From the NCBI GenBank assembly GCA_018396535.1, contig JAGTQC010000005.1, positions 94,523 through 158,522 on the forward strand: a DNA stretch of 64,000 bases, in the 5' to 3' direction. The position numbers were made by a program, and so were the translations under genes. The DNA is from Candidatus Bathyarchaeota archaeon. GTDB lineage: Archaea > Thermoproteota > CALKCG01 > B24 > DRYS01. The notes under the pieces were generated by a model. It saw nothing but the letters and a program-made list of their open reading frames with translations. It searched no databases and was not told the DNA's origin. Positions within the stretch are counted from its first letter, which is position 1; each line of letters starts with the position of its first letter. Of this stretch, positions 49,653-60,164 are shown piece after piece.

Positions 49653-50639
49653 ATGTTTTCTAATGGTGTACTAGTATATTCTGAATACGATGAAGGAGCT
49701 ATACATCCTGTTGCGTTTGAACTCTTAGGTAAATCACGTGAGATAGCTGATAGGTTGGGTGTCGAAGTTTGGGGGGTTATAGTCGGCTATAGGATTGGAG
49801 ATGATAAAGCTCGAGAGTTGATATACTATGGTGCTGATAGGGTTTTCATATATGATCATCCTAGGCTCGAGTATTTCGATCCAGTACTATATAGGGATGT
49901 ATTGGTCGATCTAGTAGAGAGGGTTAACCCCTCAGTCTTCCTCTTCGGAGCGACGCCTCTAGGTAGGAGTTTAGCTCCTAGAGTAGCTGCAGCGATAGGT
50001 GCAGGTTTAACTGCTGATTGTATAGATATTCAGGTAGATGAGAATGGGGATATAATCCAGGTTAGACCAGCTTTCACAGGAAATATACTAGCTTATATAA
50101 AGACTACTAGTCGTCCAGTTATGTCTACGGTTAGGTATAGGGTTATGAAGATGCCTAATCGTGATACTAGTAGGGTTGGTGAGATTATAAGGTTAGCATA
50201 TAGTTTGGGGAGAGACTCAGGGATTAGGGTACTAGGTAGGATATCTAGGAGGAGTGTGGATCTGGGTAGAGCGGATATAGTGGTAGCTGGAGGTAGGGGG
50301 TTTAGGAAGAAGGAGGATCTAAAAATGTTGGAGGATTTAGCTAACCTTCTCGGTGGTGTTGTAGGAGTTAGTAGGCCTCTAGTAGATGAGGGTTGGATGC
50401 CTCGTGAACGTCAAGTAGGGTTTAGCGGTAATACCGTTAAGCCTAGACTCTATATGGCTTTCGGCATATCTGGTTCTCCACAGCATATAGCGGGTATGAG
50501 AGGTTCTGAAGTGGTAGTAGCTGTTAATATAGATCCTTCAGCACCTATATTCAAGATAGCAGATTACGGTATAATCGGTGATCTATACGAAGTTATACCT
50601 AAACTTATAGAGGAGTTAAATAGGATTAAACGTGGATGA
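49653..50639 (+). CDS. etfA: Electron transfer flavoprotein alpha subunit
   Basis: GLTADC, RPAF.GN, AGGRG, SRP.VD, QVG.SG.TV.P, GISG..QH.AGM. Confidence 0.92.
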   Translation: MFSNGVLVYSEYDEGAIHPVAFELLGKSREIADRLGVEVWGVIVGYRIGDDKARELIYYGADRVFIYDHPRLEYFDPVLYRDVLVDLVERVNPSVFLFGATPLGRSLAPRVAAAIGAGLTADCIDIQVDENGDIIQVRPAFTGNILAYIKTTSRPVMSTVRYRVMKMPNRDTSRVGEIIRLAYSLGRDSGIRVLGRISRRSVDLGRADIVVAGGRGFRKKEDLKMLEDLANLLGGVVGVSRPLVDEGWMPRERQVGFSGNTVKPRLYMAFGISGSPQHIAGMRGSEVVVAVNIDPSAPIFKIADYGIIGDLYEVIPKLIEELNRIKRG

Positions 50640-50642
50640 GGT

Positions 50643-52031
50643 ATGCGTTCATCGATAGATAGGTTCATAGTAGAAGAGCTTTCATCTATAGTAGGTGAGG
50701 AGAATATCGTATTCGGTCTAGATAGGGTTGAAAGCTATCTTCTAGATGAGACACCCCCGCCTATAAGACCAGAGCCGTGTAGAGATATCGTAGTAGTTAA
50801 ACCAGCATCTACAGAGGAGGTTTCAGCTATACTTAAGCTAGCCTCTGATAGGATGATACCCGTCTTCCCTAGAGGTGGTGGTACAGGTCTTGTTGGTGGA
50901 TGCATACCTACTCGTAGTGGTATAGTACTATGTCTAGAACGGATGAATAGGATAGAGATCGATATAGATAATATGATAGCTGAAGTAGAAGCAGGTGCTA
51001 CACTCCACGATCTAATCGAAGCTGCAGATAAGGCTGATCTATTCTTCCCCCCTCATCCTGGTGATGAGTATGCTCAGATAGGTGGTTTAATAGCTTGCAA
51101 TGCTGGTGGAGCTAGAGCTGTAAGAACTGGTGTTATGCGTAACTATGTTAGAGGTATAGAAGCCGTACTACCTACAGGTGATGTATTAAAGCTTGGAGGT
51201 AAGCTTCTCAAGAATAATACCGGCTATGATATAATGCAGCTCATAGTAGGTAGTGAAGGTACCCTAGCTGTGATAACCAAAGCTTTCATAAGATTGTATC
51301 CTAAGCTTCCATTCTCTATAACGATGGTTGTTCCATTCGATAGTAGATCTAAAGCTTTGAAAACCGTACCTGCGATAATGAAATCTGGTATAACACCCCT
51401 AGCTTTAGAGTATGTAGAGAGGATACCGGTAGAGCTTTCAGCATCTAGACTAGGTTTAGAATGGCCGTGTAGGGATGGTGAAGCCTTCCTTATAATAATA
51501 CTTGCAGAACAGGATGAGGATTATCTATACAGGTTATGCGAGAAACTCCTAGATATATGCTTAGAATTCGGTAGTTTCGAACCTATAGTAGCTGAGAGAC
51601 GTGATGAACAGGATAGGATACTTAAGATTAGGAGTGAGATCTATACAGCTTTGAAACCAGGTATGGTAGATATACTAGATGTAACCGTTCCACCAGCATC
51701 GATAGGATTACTGATGGATAGGGTGGAGGAGATAGCTAGAAGTTATGGTACATATCTACCAGCTTATGGTCATGCAGGTGATGGAAATATACATGTACAT
51801 ATAATGCGTGAGGAGGGTTGGGATACGAGGATATACGATGATATTAGGGATAGGATATATAGTGTAGCTTTAGAACTTGGAGGAGTTATAACCGGGGAGC
51901 ATGGTATAGGATTCGTTAGGAAGAGTAGCCTCCTACGCTTCTCCAATCCTGTATACATAGATTTGATAAGGAGGATTAAACAAATCTTCGATCCGAATAA
52001 TATATTGAACCCGGATAAGCTACTACCCTAG
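50643..52031 (+). CDS. FAD-linked D-2-hydroxyacid dehydrogenase (LctD/GlcD-like)
   Basis: PRGGGTGL.GG, IGG....NAGG, GSEGTL, GHAGDGN.H, GEHGIG, FDPNNILNP.K. Confidence 0.88.
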   Translation: MRSSIDRFIVEELSSIVGEENIVFGLDRVESYLLDETPPPIRPEPCRDIVVVKPASTEEVSAILKLASDRMIPVFPRGGGTGLVGGCIPTRSGIVLCLERMNRIEIDIDNMIAEVEAGATLHDLIEAADKADLFFPPHPGDEYAQIGGLIACNAGGARAVRTGVMRNYVRGIEAVLPTGDVLKLGGKLLKNNTGYDIMQLIVGSEGTLAVITKAFIRLYPKLPFSITMVVPFDSRSKALKTVPAIMKSGITPLALEYVERIPVELSASRLGLEWPCRDGEAFLIIILAEQDEDYLYRLCEKLLDICLEFGSFEPIVAERRDEQDRILKIRSEIYTALKPGMVDILDVTVPPASIGLLMDRVEEIARSYGTYLPAYGHAGDGNIHVHIMREEGWDTRIYDDIRDRIYSVALELGGVITGEHGIGFVRKSSLLRFSNPVYIDLIRRIKQIFDPNNILNPDKLLP

Positions 52032-52033
52032 GA

Positions 52034-53182
52034 TTAGTATGGTGGATGGAATATTGTTGCAGCTATATATCTAACACCTCCATCACAGTAGATTTTATCA
52101 TCCTTATCGTTGAAATAGTATACTGTAAGTATCCTTCCATCTGGTAGCTCTGTAGATCTTGGATATCCTAGATCGCTACTCCCTCCATCATCTCTGATAA
52201 TTATCTCAGGACCCCATGTAGCTCCGCCATCATAGCTTATCCTAGCTCTAATACCGTATGGTGGTGCTCTATACCCGTATACGCATAGCAGTCCTCCCCC
52301 CCTAAGCGGTGTTAGCGATGCAGGTGCACCCCACCTATTAACCCTAGATAGGAATCTCCAGGTTAAGCCCCCATCCTCTGAGATATAGAGCTCCGTCCAT
52401 TGAAACCTCCAATCAGGCCAGAGTACTCTTAAAGCTACAGCTATCCTCCCATCATCCAGTATAGCTGGGTATGGGCATATACGAGGTATATCAGGGTTCA
52501 ACGATAGTATATATGATAGGAACCTCCAGCTTACAGCTCCATCCGTACTAACTAGAACCATAGGTCTACCCTCAGGCTCAACCATCCTATAACCCTTCAT
52601 AGTCTCATCATATCTAATACCCTGTACGAATAGCATTATATCCCCATCGTAGGATATATAGGATGGTCTAGCATGTATTGTATCGAATAGCTGATCCCAT
52701 AGTATATACGGCCCCTCCCAAGTATAGCCCTTATCTCTAGTAACGAAGTATGCTGTAGGACCAATCTCCCTACCTAACGGCGGCTCTACAGCTATACCGC
52801 TCAACCCATCCCCTATATCTATAGGTTTAGGTTTAGGTAGAGGTTCTCCATCAGTCATATAGTACTGTATCCTCGCTCTTAAACATGCCTTACTCTCTAC
52901 CACGACCCTTAGAGATTCCTCAAGCCATGTATATCCTCCATCCATACTTCGAATTACTACAAACTGTCCTCCATCATACTGTATCCTCCTATGCCTAACA
53001 TCCTCTACAGAACTATACCTACACTTATTACGTACAAAACCAGCTAGTACCTCACCTCCACCGAAATTCCATAACCCACAGTTAAACGGCCAGCCTGCAT
53101 ACTCATCATCCCTACGGTAGACTACTATATTCTCATACTCTTCGAGTCTACATACCTTCATACAATCCGATCCCCCATCCAT
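52034..53182 (-). CDS. BNR/Asp-box (sialidase-like) beta-propeller protein
   Basis: Repeated Asp boxes SMDGGYTW, TRDKGYTW, STDGAVSW, SEDGGLTW, SYDGGATW; DLGYP. Confidence 0.8.
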   Translation of the reverse strand: MDGGSDCMKVCRLEEYENIVVYRRDDEYAGWPFNCGLWNFGGGEVLAGFVRNKCRYSSVEDVRHRRIQYDGGQFVVIRSMDGGYTWLEESLRVVVESKACLRARIQYYMTDGEPLPKPKPIDIGDGLSGIAVEPPLGREIGPTAYFVTRDKGYTWEGPYILWDQLFDTIHARPSYISYDGDIMLFVQGIRYDETMKGYRMVEPEGRPMVLVSTDGAVSWRFLSYILSLNPDIPRICPYPAILDDGRIAVALRVLWPDWRFQWTELYISEDGGLTWRFLSRVNRWGAPASLTPLRGGGLLCVYGYRAPPYGIRARISYDGGATWGPEIIIRDDGGSSDLGYPRSTELPDGRILTVYYFNDKDDKIYCDGGVRYIAATIFHPPY

Positions 53183-53191
53183 ATTGGTAGG

Positions 53192-53953
53192 CTAGGATAT
53201 GATACGTCTAAGATTATCTATACACTTCCTTACACAATCTAGCGGTGGGTATGGGTAGCTCTCCTGCTCGATTATAAACCATTCTGTTCCACCGATTTCG
53301 ATACATAGATCTATAAACTCCCTCCACCTCATATCACCCTCACCTATAACAACTCTATCACTCATCCTCGAATACTCCTTTAGATGTACTGTTACAGCTC
53401 TCCTAGGATACCTCTTAACTATATCGAATACCTCATCTACAGTAAGACCTGCACGCATAGCATTACCCGTATCCAGCTGCATAATAACATCTGATCTAGT
53501 ATTCTTGAAGAATATATCCCAGGGTACCTCCCCATCCAAAGGTTTAAACTCTACGGTATGATTATGGTAACCTATACGTATACCGTAGCGTTCAAGCTTA
53601 CCAGCTAGATCGTTGAATAACCTAGCTGCCTCCACCCATCTATCCCTAGACCCCCTCATATACTCTGGTAGACTAGGAACTATGATGAATCTATTACCTA
53701 ACCTAAGATTAAACTCGACTGTATTATCGAAACAGATTCCTAGAAGCGCATCGATACCGGTATGCGAGCCAGCTACCTCCAACCCATACTCATCTAGCAT
53801 CCCCTTAAGCTCATCAGCATCATATCCATAGTATCCTGCAAACTCGACACCCTCATACCCCATATCAGCTACAGCTTTTAAACACCCTCTTAGATCACGT
53901 CTACAATCCTCCCTTATCGAGTAGAGTTGTAGAGCTATACGAATACCACCCAC
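53192..53953 (-). CDS. Sugar phosphate isomerase/epimerase (xylose-isomerase-like TIM barrel); start probably GTG 53953
   Basis: ALQLYSIR, GYEGVEFAG, YHNH..EF, QLDTG, VHLKE, IIEQE. Confidence 0.85.
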   Translation of the reverse strand: MGGIRIALQLYSIREDCRRDLRGCLKAVADMGYEGVEFAGYYGYDADELKGMLDEYGLEVAGSHTGIDALLGICFDNTVEFNLRLGNRFIIVPSLPEYMRGSRDRWVEAARLFNDLAGKLERYGIRIGYHNHTVEFKPLDGEVPWDIFFKNTRSDVIMQLDTGNAMRAGLTVDEVFDIVKRYPRRAVTVHLKEYSRMSDRVVIGEGDMRWREFIDLCIEIGGTEWFIIEQESYPYPPLDCVRKCIDNLRRIIS

Positions 53954-54109
53954 AGCAAACCGCCTCGATAATCGATCAACCGAGATAGAATATAAATGAG
54001 TTACCCCCCTTCTAGAATATAGGTTCAAGGATAATAGCCCTACCAGGATCACCGATTAATCACAGCTGATAAAGTTAAATAAAGGCCTAGATAGAAGTCT
54101 AATTTCTAG

Positions 54110-54340
54110 GTGATCTATTTGGTCGAGTACGAACTTCAATTAGCACCAATACATAGGCTTATAAAGAAAGCTGGAGCTATGCGTGTAAGCGAGAGTGCAG
54201 CTGAAGAGTTAAGAAGAGTTCTAGAGGATATAGGTATGAGGATAGGGCGTGAAGCAGCTAAATTCGCATCCCACGCGGGTAGAAAGACTATTAGAGCTGA
54301 GGATATAAGGCTAGCCGTTAGCAGTATCCTGAGGATGTAG
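54110..54340 (+). CDS. Archaeal histone
   Basis: EL..API.RLIKKAGA.RVSE.A...A.HAGRKTI.AEDI.LA. Confidence 0.95.
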   Translation: MIYLVEYELQLAPIHRLIKKAGAMRVSESAAEELRRVLEDIGMRIGREAAKFASHAGRKTIRAEDIRLAVSSILRM

Positions 54341-54509
54341 TCTTTTTAAAATCTAGACGTTAAATATACGCTATGTTTCCTATGATAAGCTTTATCCTAC
54401 CCCATCCTTAAACCACCCACCTTCTCGGATAACGTTTATATCCTAGGCTTATTCATCTCTTACCTTGCTTAGAATATAATATAGCGTATAATTTGGGGTG
54501 GTATGTATC

Positions 54510-56153
54510 ATGTCTGAGCGTAGGGTTGTAAGAGCTCCGGTATTGATACTTAAGGAGGGTACGACTCGTCAAAGAGGTAGGGAGGCTCAGCGTCAGAATA
54601 TCCTAGCGGTTAGGATAGTAGCGGAGATGCTGAAATCGACTCTAGGACCTAGGGGTATGGATAAGATGCTCGTAGATAGTATCGGTGATATAACGATAAC
54701 TAACGATGGAGCTACCATAATGGATGAGATAGAAGCTGAACATCCAGCTATCAAGCTCCTAGTTAACGTAGCTAAGACCCAGGATAAGGAGGTTGGTGAT
54801 GGAACCACTACAGTAGTTGTACTAACCGGTGCTCTAGTAAAGAAGGCTGAGGAGCTTCTAGATAGGGATATACATCCATCCATCATATGCTCAGGCTTCA
54901 GGAAGGCTGAAGCTAAAGCTCAGGAAGTCCTACAGAGGATAGCTAAACCTGTAGATCTAAGCGATAAGACTACGCTCATCAATATAGCATCAACAGCTAT
55001 GAGGAGTAAGAGTGTAGAGTATCTTAGAGATTATCTAGCATCGATAGCCGTCGATGCAGTCTTAAGGATAGTAGAGGATAGGGATGGTAAGAAGTATGCA
55101 GATCTAGATAATATACAGGTGATAAAGAAGCCTGGTAAAAGTATAGCTGAGACGCAGCTTATCAATGGTTTAATAATAGATAAGGAGGTTGTACATCCAA
55201 GTATGCCTAAACGTATAGAGAATGCTAGGATAGCGTTACTAAACTGCCCCTTAGAGATAGAGAAGACGGAGTTTAGTGCTGAGATAAGGATTAGGGATCC
55301 ATCGCAGATGAAGGCTTTCCTAGATGAGGAGGCTAGGATGCTTAAGGATATGGTTGATAAGATTGCTGCTACAGGTGCTAACGTAGTATTCTGTCAGAAG
55401 GGTATAGATGATATGGCTCAATACTTCCTAGCTAAGAAGGGTATACTAGCAGTAAGAAGGGTTAAGAAGTCTGATATGGATAAGCTTTCGAGAGCTACAG
55501 GAGCAAGAATAGTAACAAACATAGAAGATCTAAGAACAGAGGATCTAGGAACAGCAGAACTAGTAGAAGAGAGGAAGATAGGAGAGGATAGGATGGTATT
55601 CGTAGAAGGTTGTAGGGATCCGAAGGCTGTAGCTATACTCGTAAGAGGAGGATTCGAGAGAGCTGTAGATGAAGCTGAGCGATCACTACACGATGCTCTA
55701 TCAGTCGTAGCAGATATAGTTAAAGATCCGAGGATAGTATACGGTGGTGGTGCAGTAGAAGCGGAGATAGCTAAGGAGATACGTAGATTCGCTACGCAGA
55801 TAGGTGGTAGAGAACAGCTTGCAGTACAAGCATTCGCAGAAGCTATAGAGATGATACCTCAAGCTCTAGCTGAGAATGCAGGTCTAGACCCCATAGATAT
55901 ACTAGTAGAGCTTAGAGCTAAGCATGAAGAACCTGAAGGCTATAAGTATGGTGTAGACGTATTCTCTGGTAAAGTAGCGGATATGAGCGTACTAAACGTT
56001 ATAGAGCCAGTCATAGTTAAGAGTAAAGCAATCTCAGCAGCTGTAGAAGCAGCTATAACGATACTAAGGATAGATGATGTAGTAGTAGCTAGTAAGCCTC
56101 TAGAAAAGGAGAAGGGTAAGGAGAAGGAGACTCCACCATCAGAATTCGATTAA
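54510..56153 (+). CDS. ths: Thermosome (group II chaperonin) subunit
   Basis: [42 protein letters not shown]. Confidence 0.97.
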   Translation: MSERRVVRAPVLILKEGTTRQRGREAQRQNILAVRIVAEMLKSTLGPRGMDKMLVDSIGDITITNDGATIMDEIEAEHPAIKLLVNVAKTQDKEVGDGTTTVVVLTGALVKKAEELLDRDIHPSIICSGFRKAEAKAQEVLQRIAKPVDLSDKTTLINIASTAMRSKSVEYLRDYLASIAVDAVLRIVEDRDGKKYADLDNIQVIKKPGKSIAETQLINGLIIDKEVVHPSMPKRIENARIALLNCPLEIEKTEFSAEIRIRDPSQMKAFLDEEARMLKDMVDKIAATGANVVFCQKGIDDMAQYFLAKKGILAVRRVKKSDMDKLSRATGARIVTNIEDLRTEDLGTAELVEERKIGEDRMVFVEGCRDPKAVAILVRGGFERAVDEAERSLHDALSVVADIVKDPRIVYGGGAVEAEIAKEIRRFATQIGGREQLAVQAFAEAIEMIPQALAENAGLDPIDILVELRAKHEEPEGYKYGVDVFSGKVADMSVLNVIEPVIVKSKAISAAVEAAITILRIDDVVVASKPLEKEKGKEKETPPSEFD

Positions 56154-56217
56154 CCCTGTAAAGAAAATTTTTTATCTAATCCCCCATCTAACCTATCTCC
56201 TTAGCTCGAATATGTAT

Positions 56218-56292
56218 GCTCCGGTGGTGTAGCCCGGCCAAGCATAGGAGGCTCTCACCCTCCTGACGCGGGTTCAAATCCCGCCCGGAGCA
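56218..56292 (+). tRNA. tRNA-Glu(CTC), CCA not encoded, no intron
   Basis: GCTCCGG/CCGGAGC acceptor, GGAGG-CTCTCAC-CCTCC anticodon arm, GCGGGTTCAAATCCCGC T arm. Confidence 0.93.
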
Positions 56293-56359
56293 TTATCCAA
56301 CCCTAATAGGTTTCAGAGGGGAAGATTTTAATCCACCAGTAGCTAGCGATGGCTTAATC

Positions 56360-56980
56360 ATGAAGTTTATAGTAGTATCCGGTACTCCTGGTGTAGGTAA
56401 ATCTACGATCTCATCTAGGTTAGCTGAGAAGATGCGTTTCGATCTCATAGATCTTAATAGATGGCTTATATCTGAGGGTTTAATCATAGGATTCGATGAA
56501 TATCGTAGAACGAGTATAGTCGATCTAGAATCGGCTAGGATTAGATTCTCCGAGTTTAAACCTACACGTAATACGATAGTAGAGGGTCATCTAGCCCACC
56601 TAGTAGTACCGGTAGATTCTGTAAGCCTAGTTTTCATAATTAGATGCCACCCGATCGTATTAGCTAAGAGGCTAGCTAGCCTAGGCTATAGCGTAGATAA
56701 GATTCTAGAGAATATCGAAGCAGAGCTACTAGGTGTATGCTTAGAGGAGGCTATCGATGCATACGGATCGGATATAGTATACGAGGTAGATAACTCCTAT
56801 AGATGCTTAGATTCAGTTGTGGATGAGATGGTATGCATAATATCTAGTAGAGGTGGAGGATCAGCTTCAGAACGTATAGACTGGTTCTCCAGGTTATCGA
56901 GTGAAGGAATCCTAGATAGAGTACTTATAGCTGTAGAATCTAGAAGCCTAGATCCTATAAGCAGCATCATAGATTCATAA
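56360..56980 (+). CDS. AK6/Fap7-type adenylate kinase
   Basis: SGTPGVGKST, VEGHL, RCHP..L..RL...GY...KI.EN.EAE. Confidence 0.88.
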   Translation: MKFIVVSGTPGVGKSTISSRLAEKMRFDLIDLNRWLISEGLIIGFDEYRRTSIVDLESARIRFSEFKPTRNTIVEGHLAHLVVPVDSVSLVFIIRCHPIVLAKRLASLGYSVDKILENIEAELLGVCLEEAIDAYGSDIVYEVDNSYRCLDSVVDEMVCIISSRGGGSASERIDWFSRLSSEGILDRVLIAVESRSLDPISSIIDS

Positions 56981-57022
56981 GGGTATAGCTTAAATGATCG
57001 TTTATCATGTATCCTATTATGG

Positions 57023-57232
57023 ATGGTATCGAATCGGAGGAGAGGTTTCATAATAGTTAGATGCCCATACTGTAGTAATCTATCCATAGCTAAGATCAGC
57101 TATAGGAGTAGGAGCTGCAGCTTCTGTGGTAGAAGGTTTACCATATCCCAGGCTACGATAGTTAAGTATGCGGATGATGCTAGGATGGCTTCTGAGATAG
57201 TTAGATCTCTTAAGAAACGTTTAAGGGTCTAG
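57023..57232 (+). CDS. Small zinc-ribbon protein (DUF1922-like)
   Basis: RCPYC...CSFCG...A...V..L. Confidence 0.7.
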   Translation: MVSNRRRGFIIVRCPYCSNLSIAKISYRSRSCSFCGRRFTISQATIVKYADDARMASEIVRSLKKRLRV

Positions 57233-57262
57233 ATAACCCTAGATTTCTAAGAGGTTTAGGTT

Positions 57263-57685
57263 ATGAGCCTAGCTTCGAGAAGGTTTGTAGAAGAGTTATC
57301 GAAGCTTATAGGTAGAGGTATAACAGTCGTAACTATCGAAGGTAGAAGCTTCTCAGGTAGGCTAGAAGGGTTCACGGTAGAAGGATTCGATGTATGCCTA
57401 TCAGATGCTAGATCATCCGATGGAAGCCTATATCCCAAGCTATTCGTAAGGGGTGGGCAGATAGCCTACATGTACAGTTCTGAGAAGCCTCTAGAACTTA
57501 AAGCATTAGCTGAGAGACTTGAAAGGGTATTCCCCAAGATGGTTAAATACTATGAGGATCAAGGTGTTATAATAGTTATGAATAAGGTTAAGGTAACAGA
57601 GCAGGGTGTAGTCGAGGGATCCGGACCTATAGCTGAGAGAGCTCAGAAGGTTTATGAAGAGTTTATGAAGGAAGCTGCAAGTTAA
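57263..57685 (+). CDS. Sm-like protein with C-terminal extension (SmAP3 type)
   Basis: RRFVEEL..L....V.V....G....G.L.G, FVRG, C-terminal V.VTE.GV.EGSGP.A. Confidence 0.85.
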   Translation: MSLASRRFVEELSKLIGRGITVVTIEGRSFSGRLEGFTVEGFDVCLSDARSSDGSLYPKLFVRGGQIAYMYSSEKPLELKALAERLERVFPKMVKYYEDQGVIIVMNKVKVTEQGVVEGSGPIAERAQKVYEEFMKEAAS

Positions 57686-57687
57686 TC

Positions 57688-58515
57688 TCAACCTATCTTT
57701 ATAGGATCGACTATAGACTTTAGTAGAGCTAGAGCGGATAGAGCAGCTATCATACTAGTCTTAGGATTCAGCGGAAACTGTACATTCCTAGTTTCTATAC
57801 GAAACTCCCCAAACTCACCCTCCACATACAGCTCATGGATATTCCTATCTACACCAGGATCTATATAGATCTTTACAGAAGTCCTATCAGCTCCTATACC
57901 TGCTAAAGCTATGGTGGAAGCTATATTCACAGATCTAGGTAGTAGTCTACATGCATCCCTAGCCGATCCATCGAATATAAGCGTAGGCTCCCTAACACTC
58001 TCAGGATCTATAGACATCTTCTCAACATACTCATCACCTATAAACGATCTAGGAGGCTTCCTAGTAGTTAACACAACCCTACGTATACCTCCGATACAGG
58101 CAGCTCTAATACCATCCACACCTACCACAGCCCCAGATGGTATATACACTCTCCTACCCATCCTAGAAGCCTCCTCCCTAATCCTAGATAGAAGATCCTC
58201 ATCGACTAGGGCACCTACACTCATTATCATCAAATCCTTACCAGATCTAAGTATAGGAATAGCATACATCCTCACAGCATCCTGGCTTGCAGCTTCGATT
58301 ACCAAATCTAGATCCTCAGATAGAAGCTCATCGAAGCTCCTAGCTATCCTAGGCTTACATCTAAGATCTGAAACCAAGGCTTCACACCTATCGATATTAC
58401 GATCGTAGACCACCCTAACCTCAACCCTAGGTACAACCCCGGAATCTATAGATCTAGCTATAAAGCCGCCTATAGCTCCACAACCTATGATACCTACTAC
58501 TAGATTCCTCACCAA
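57688..58515 (-). CDS. nadX: L-aspartate dehydrogenase
   Basis: GIIGCGAIG, EAAS, MSVGAL, PSGA..G.D, TRKPP, NPKTS. Confidence 0.92.
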   Translation of the reverse strand: MVRNLVVGIIGCGAIGGFIARSIDSGVVPRVEVRVVYDRNIDRCEALVSDLRCKPRIARSFDELLSEDLDLVIEAASQDAVRMYAIPILRSGKDLMIMSVGALVDEDLLSRIREEASRMGRRVYIPSGAVVGVDGIRAACIGGIRRVVLTTRKPPRSFIGDEYVEKMSIDPESVREPTLIFDGSARDACRLLPRSVNIASTIALAGIGADRTSVKIYIDPGVDRNIHELYVEGEFGEFRIETRNVQFPLNPKTSMIAALSALALLKSIVDPIKIG

Positions 58516-58588
58516 AGTCTAAAAGCTAGAGAATTAGTAGGATTCAAACATTTAAAGTTATCCTAGGATAAACCCTACTCTAGAAGAG

Positions 58589-59734
58589 CTATAGGATAGG
58601 CTTATTCCTCCTATACCTTCTACTCATCCTTATGAATGCTTGGAAATTCTCAACATCCATCTCGTACGGTATATCACCCTCAGAGCTTAGTATAAACCCT
58701 CCACCCGGGCTCCCTATCCTAAGCCTATCTAGTAGATGCTCCCTAAGCTCATCTATACTCATAAAACCTATATGCTTACTAAGCCCACCCTGAAGGCATA
58801 GCTTATCCCCATACTTCTCCTTCAACTCCTTTAGATCCATATTATCGGATGGACCTATAGGATTCAATACATCTAAACCAGCTTTAACTAGGAGTGGCAC
58901 TATAGCGTTTATATTACCATGACTATGCATATTAACGAATGCACCATACCTATGAGCTAGATCTATAGCCCTCCTATGCCAAGGATATATAAGCTCCTCG
59001 TAAAGCTTAGGATTCATAAACATACCCTTATTATAGCCTAGATCCTCAGGCCATCCTATCATCATAACCCCACGCTCCAATAGATTCTTCTCAGCTCTAA
59101 GATTCCACTCACCTATCTTATCTAGAAGCTTCTTGTAGAAATCCCTATTCATATACATATCCCTCAAGGTAACAGCTAGAGGACCCCTTAGAAAATACCA
59201 GACACCGGAGAAGAATCCGTTAATCCCAGCAGATGGGAAAAACCCCCTATCCACCACGTATCTAACAGCCTTCTCAACACCCCTATACCTCTCAGGATCA
59301 TCCGGATCAGGTAGCTCAAGCTTATCCAGATCATCCTCACACTCCACAGGATACTTTATATACTCCCTAGCCCAAACCCTCTTAGCAGTACCCATACGCC
59401 ATCTAGCACCAGTCTCCCACTCCACTACATAGCTATCAGGACCAGCTTCTAAAACCCTAGTAACCCTAAACCCACCGCCACCAACACCTATAAAGAAGTT
59501 ATCCATATACTCAGCTACACGTATAGCCCTCTCTAAATGCCTAAACTCCGGCTCACCAGCCGTAATCTCGTACGCAGCCCTCCTAGCCTCAGCCTCCACC
59601 TGTCTAACACCCTCCTCCACCACCGGGAAGAATTTAGCTCTAGCCATCTCGTTAGTAAACCCTATAGTTTGAGGAGTTATAGGAGGATCCTCGTGAAGAA
59701 TAGCTGATAATACACATTCAAACCTATTAACCAA
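58589..59734 (-). CDS. Uroporphyrinogen decarboxylase / methylcobamide methyltransferase-like TIM barrel
   Basis: EDLG, P..YEE...P, HSHGN, D...LKEKYG..LCL.GG, PGGGFILS. Confidence 0.75.
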   Translation of the reverse strand: MVNRFECVLSAILHEDPPITPQTIGFTNEMARAKFFPVVEEGVRQVEAEARRAAYEITAGEPEFRHLERAIRVAEYMDNFFIGVGGGGFRVTRVLEAGPDSYVVEWETGARWRMGTAKRVWAREYIKYPVECEDDLDKLELPDPDDPERYRGVEKAVRYVVDRGFFPSAGINGFFSGVWYFLRGPLAVTLRDMYMNRDFYKKLLDKIGEWNLRAEKNLLERGVMMIGWPEDLGYNKGMFMNPKLYEELIYPWHRRAIDLAHRYGAFVNMHSHGNINAIVPLLVKAGLDVLNPIGPSDNMDLKELKEKYGDKLCLQGGLSKHIGFMSIDELREHLLDRLRIGSPGGGFILSSEGDIPYEMDVENFQAFIRMSRRYRRNKPIL

Positions 59735-59807
59735 TACCGAACACCCTCCAACCTAGAAACTCCATAGACAAATATAGAGATATATAAACTTCAGGTATCA
59801 CGCTAGT

Positions 59808-60164
59808 CTATAGAAGCTTAATCCAGTACTCAGCAGCATCACCCAATACTACGCTACTCCTAGCATACTCAAACTCCTCAGGTGTATAAGCTAGTATCTC
59901 GAACGAATGAGTATCAGGTGCAAGCTTTCTAAGCATAGCTCCTCTAACATGGATAGGTACACCCCTAAACCTAGGTGAGACAACTATAAGATCTATATCA
60001 CTATCCTCTACCCAATCCCCTCTAGCATAGCTTCCGAAAAGGTATACCTCAGCATAGCCAAGCTCCCTAACGATATTCTCGAGGAATATCTTCAAAGCTC
60101 TACACACATCCTCAGGTAGACCCCTCAAATATAGATCCGGCAATCCTGATAACCTCCTCAGCAA
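59808..60164 (-). CDS. Minimal nucleotidyltransferase (MNT), antitoxin-type
   Basis: LFGSYARG...DSDIDL.VVS, YTPEEF. Confidence 0.88.
   Translation of the reverse strand: MLRRLSGLPDLYLRGLPEDVCRALKIFLENIVRELGYAEVYLFGSYARGDWVEDSDIDLIVVSPRFRGVPIHVRGAMLRKLAPDTHSFEILAYTPEEFEYARSSVVLGDAAEYWIKLL

Noticed and set aside
56247-56263. Reading the tRNA anticodon as TCA (Sec or suppressor)
   Set aside because: The perfect 5-bp stem puts CTC at positions 34-36; the short variable loop and body fit tRNA-Glu
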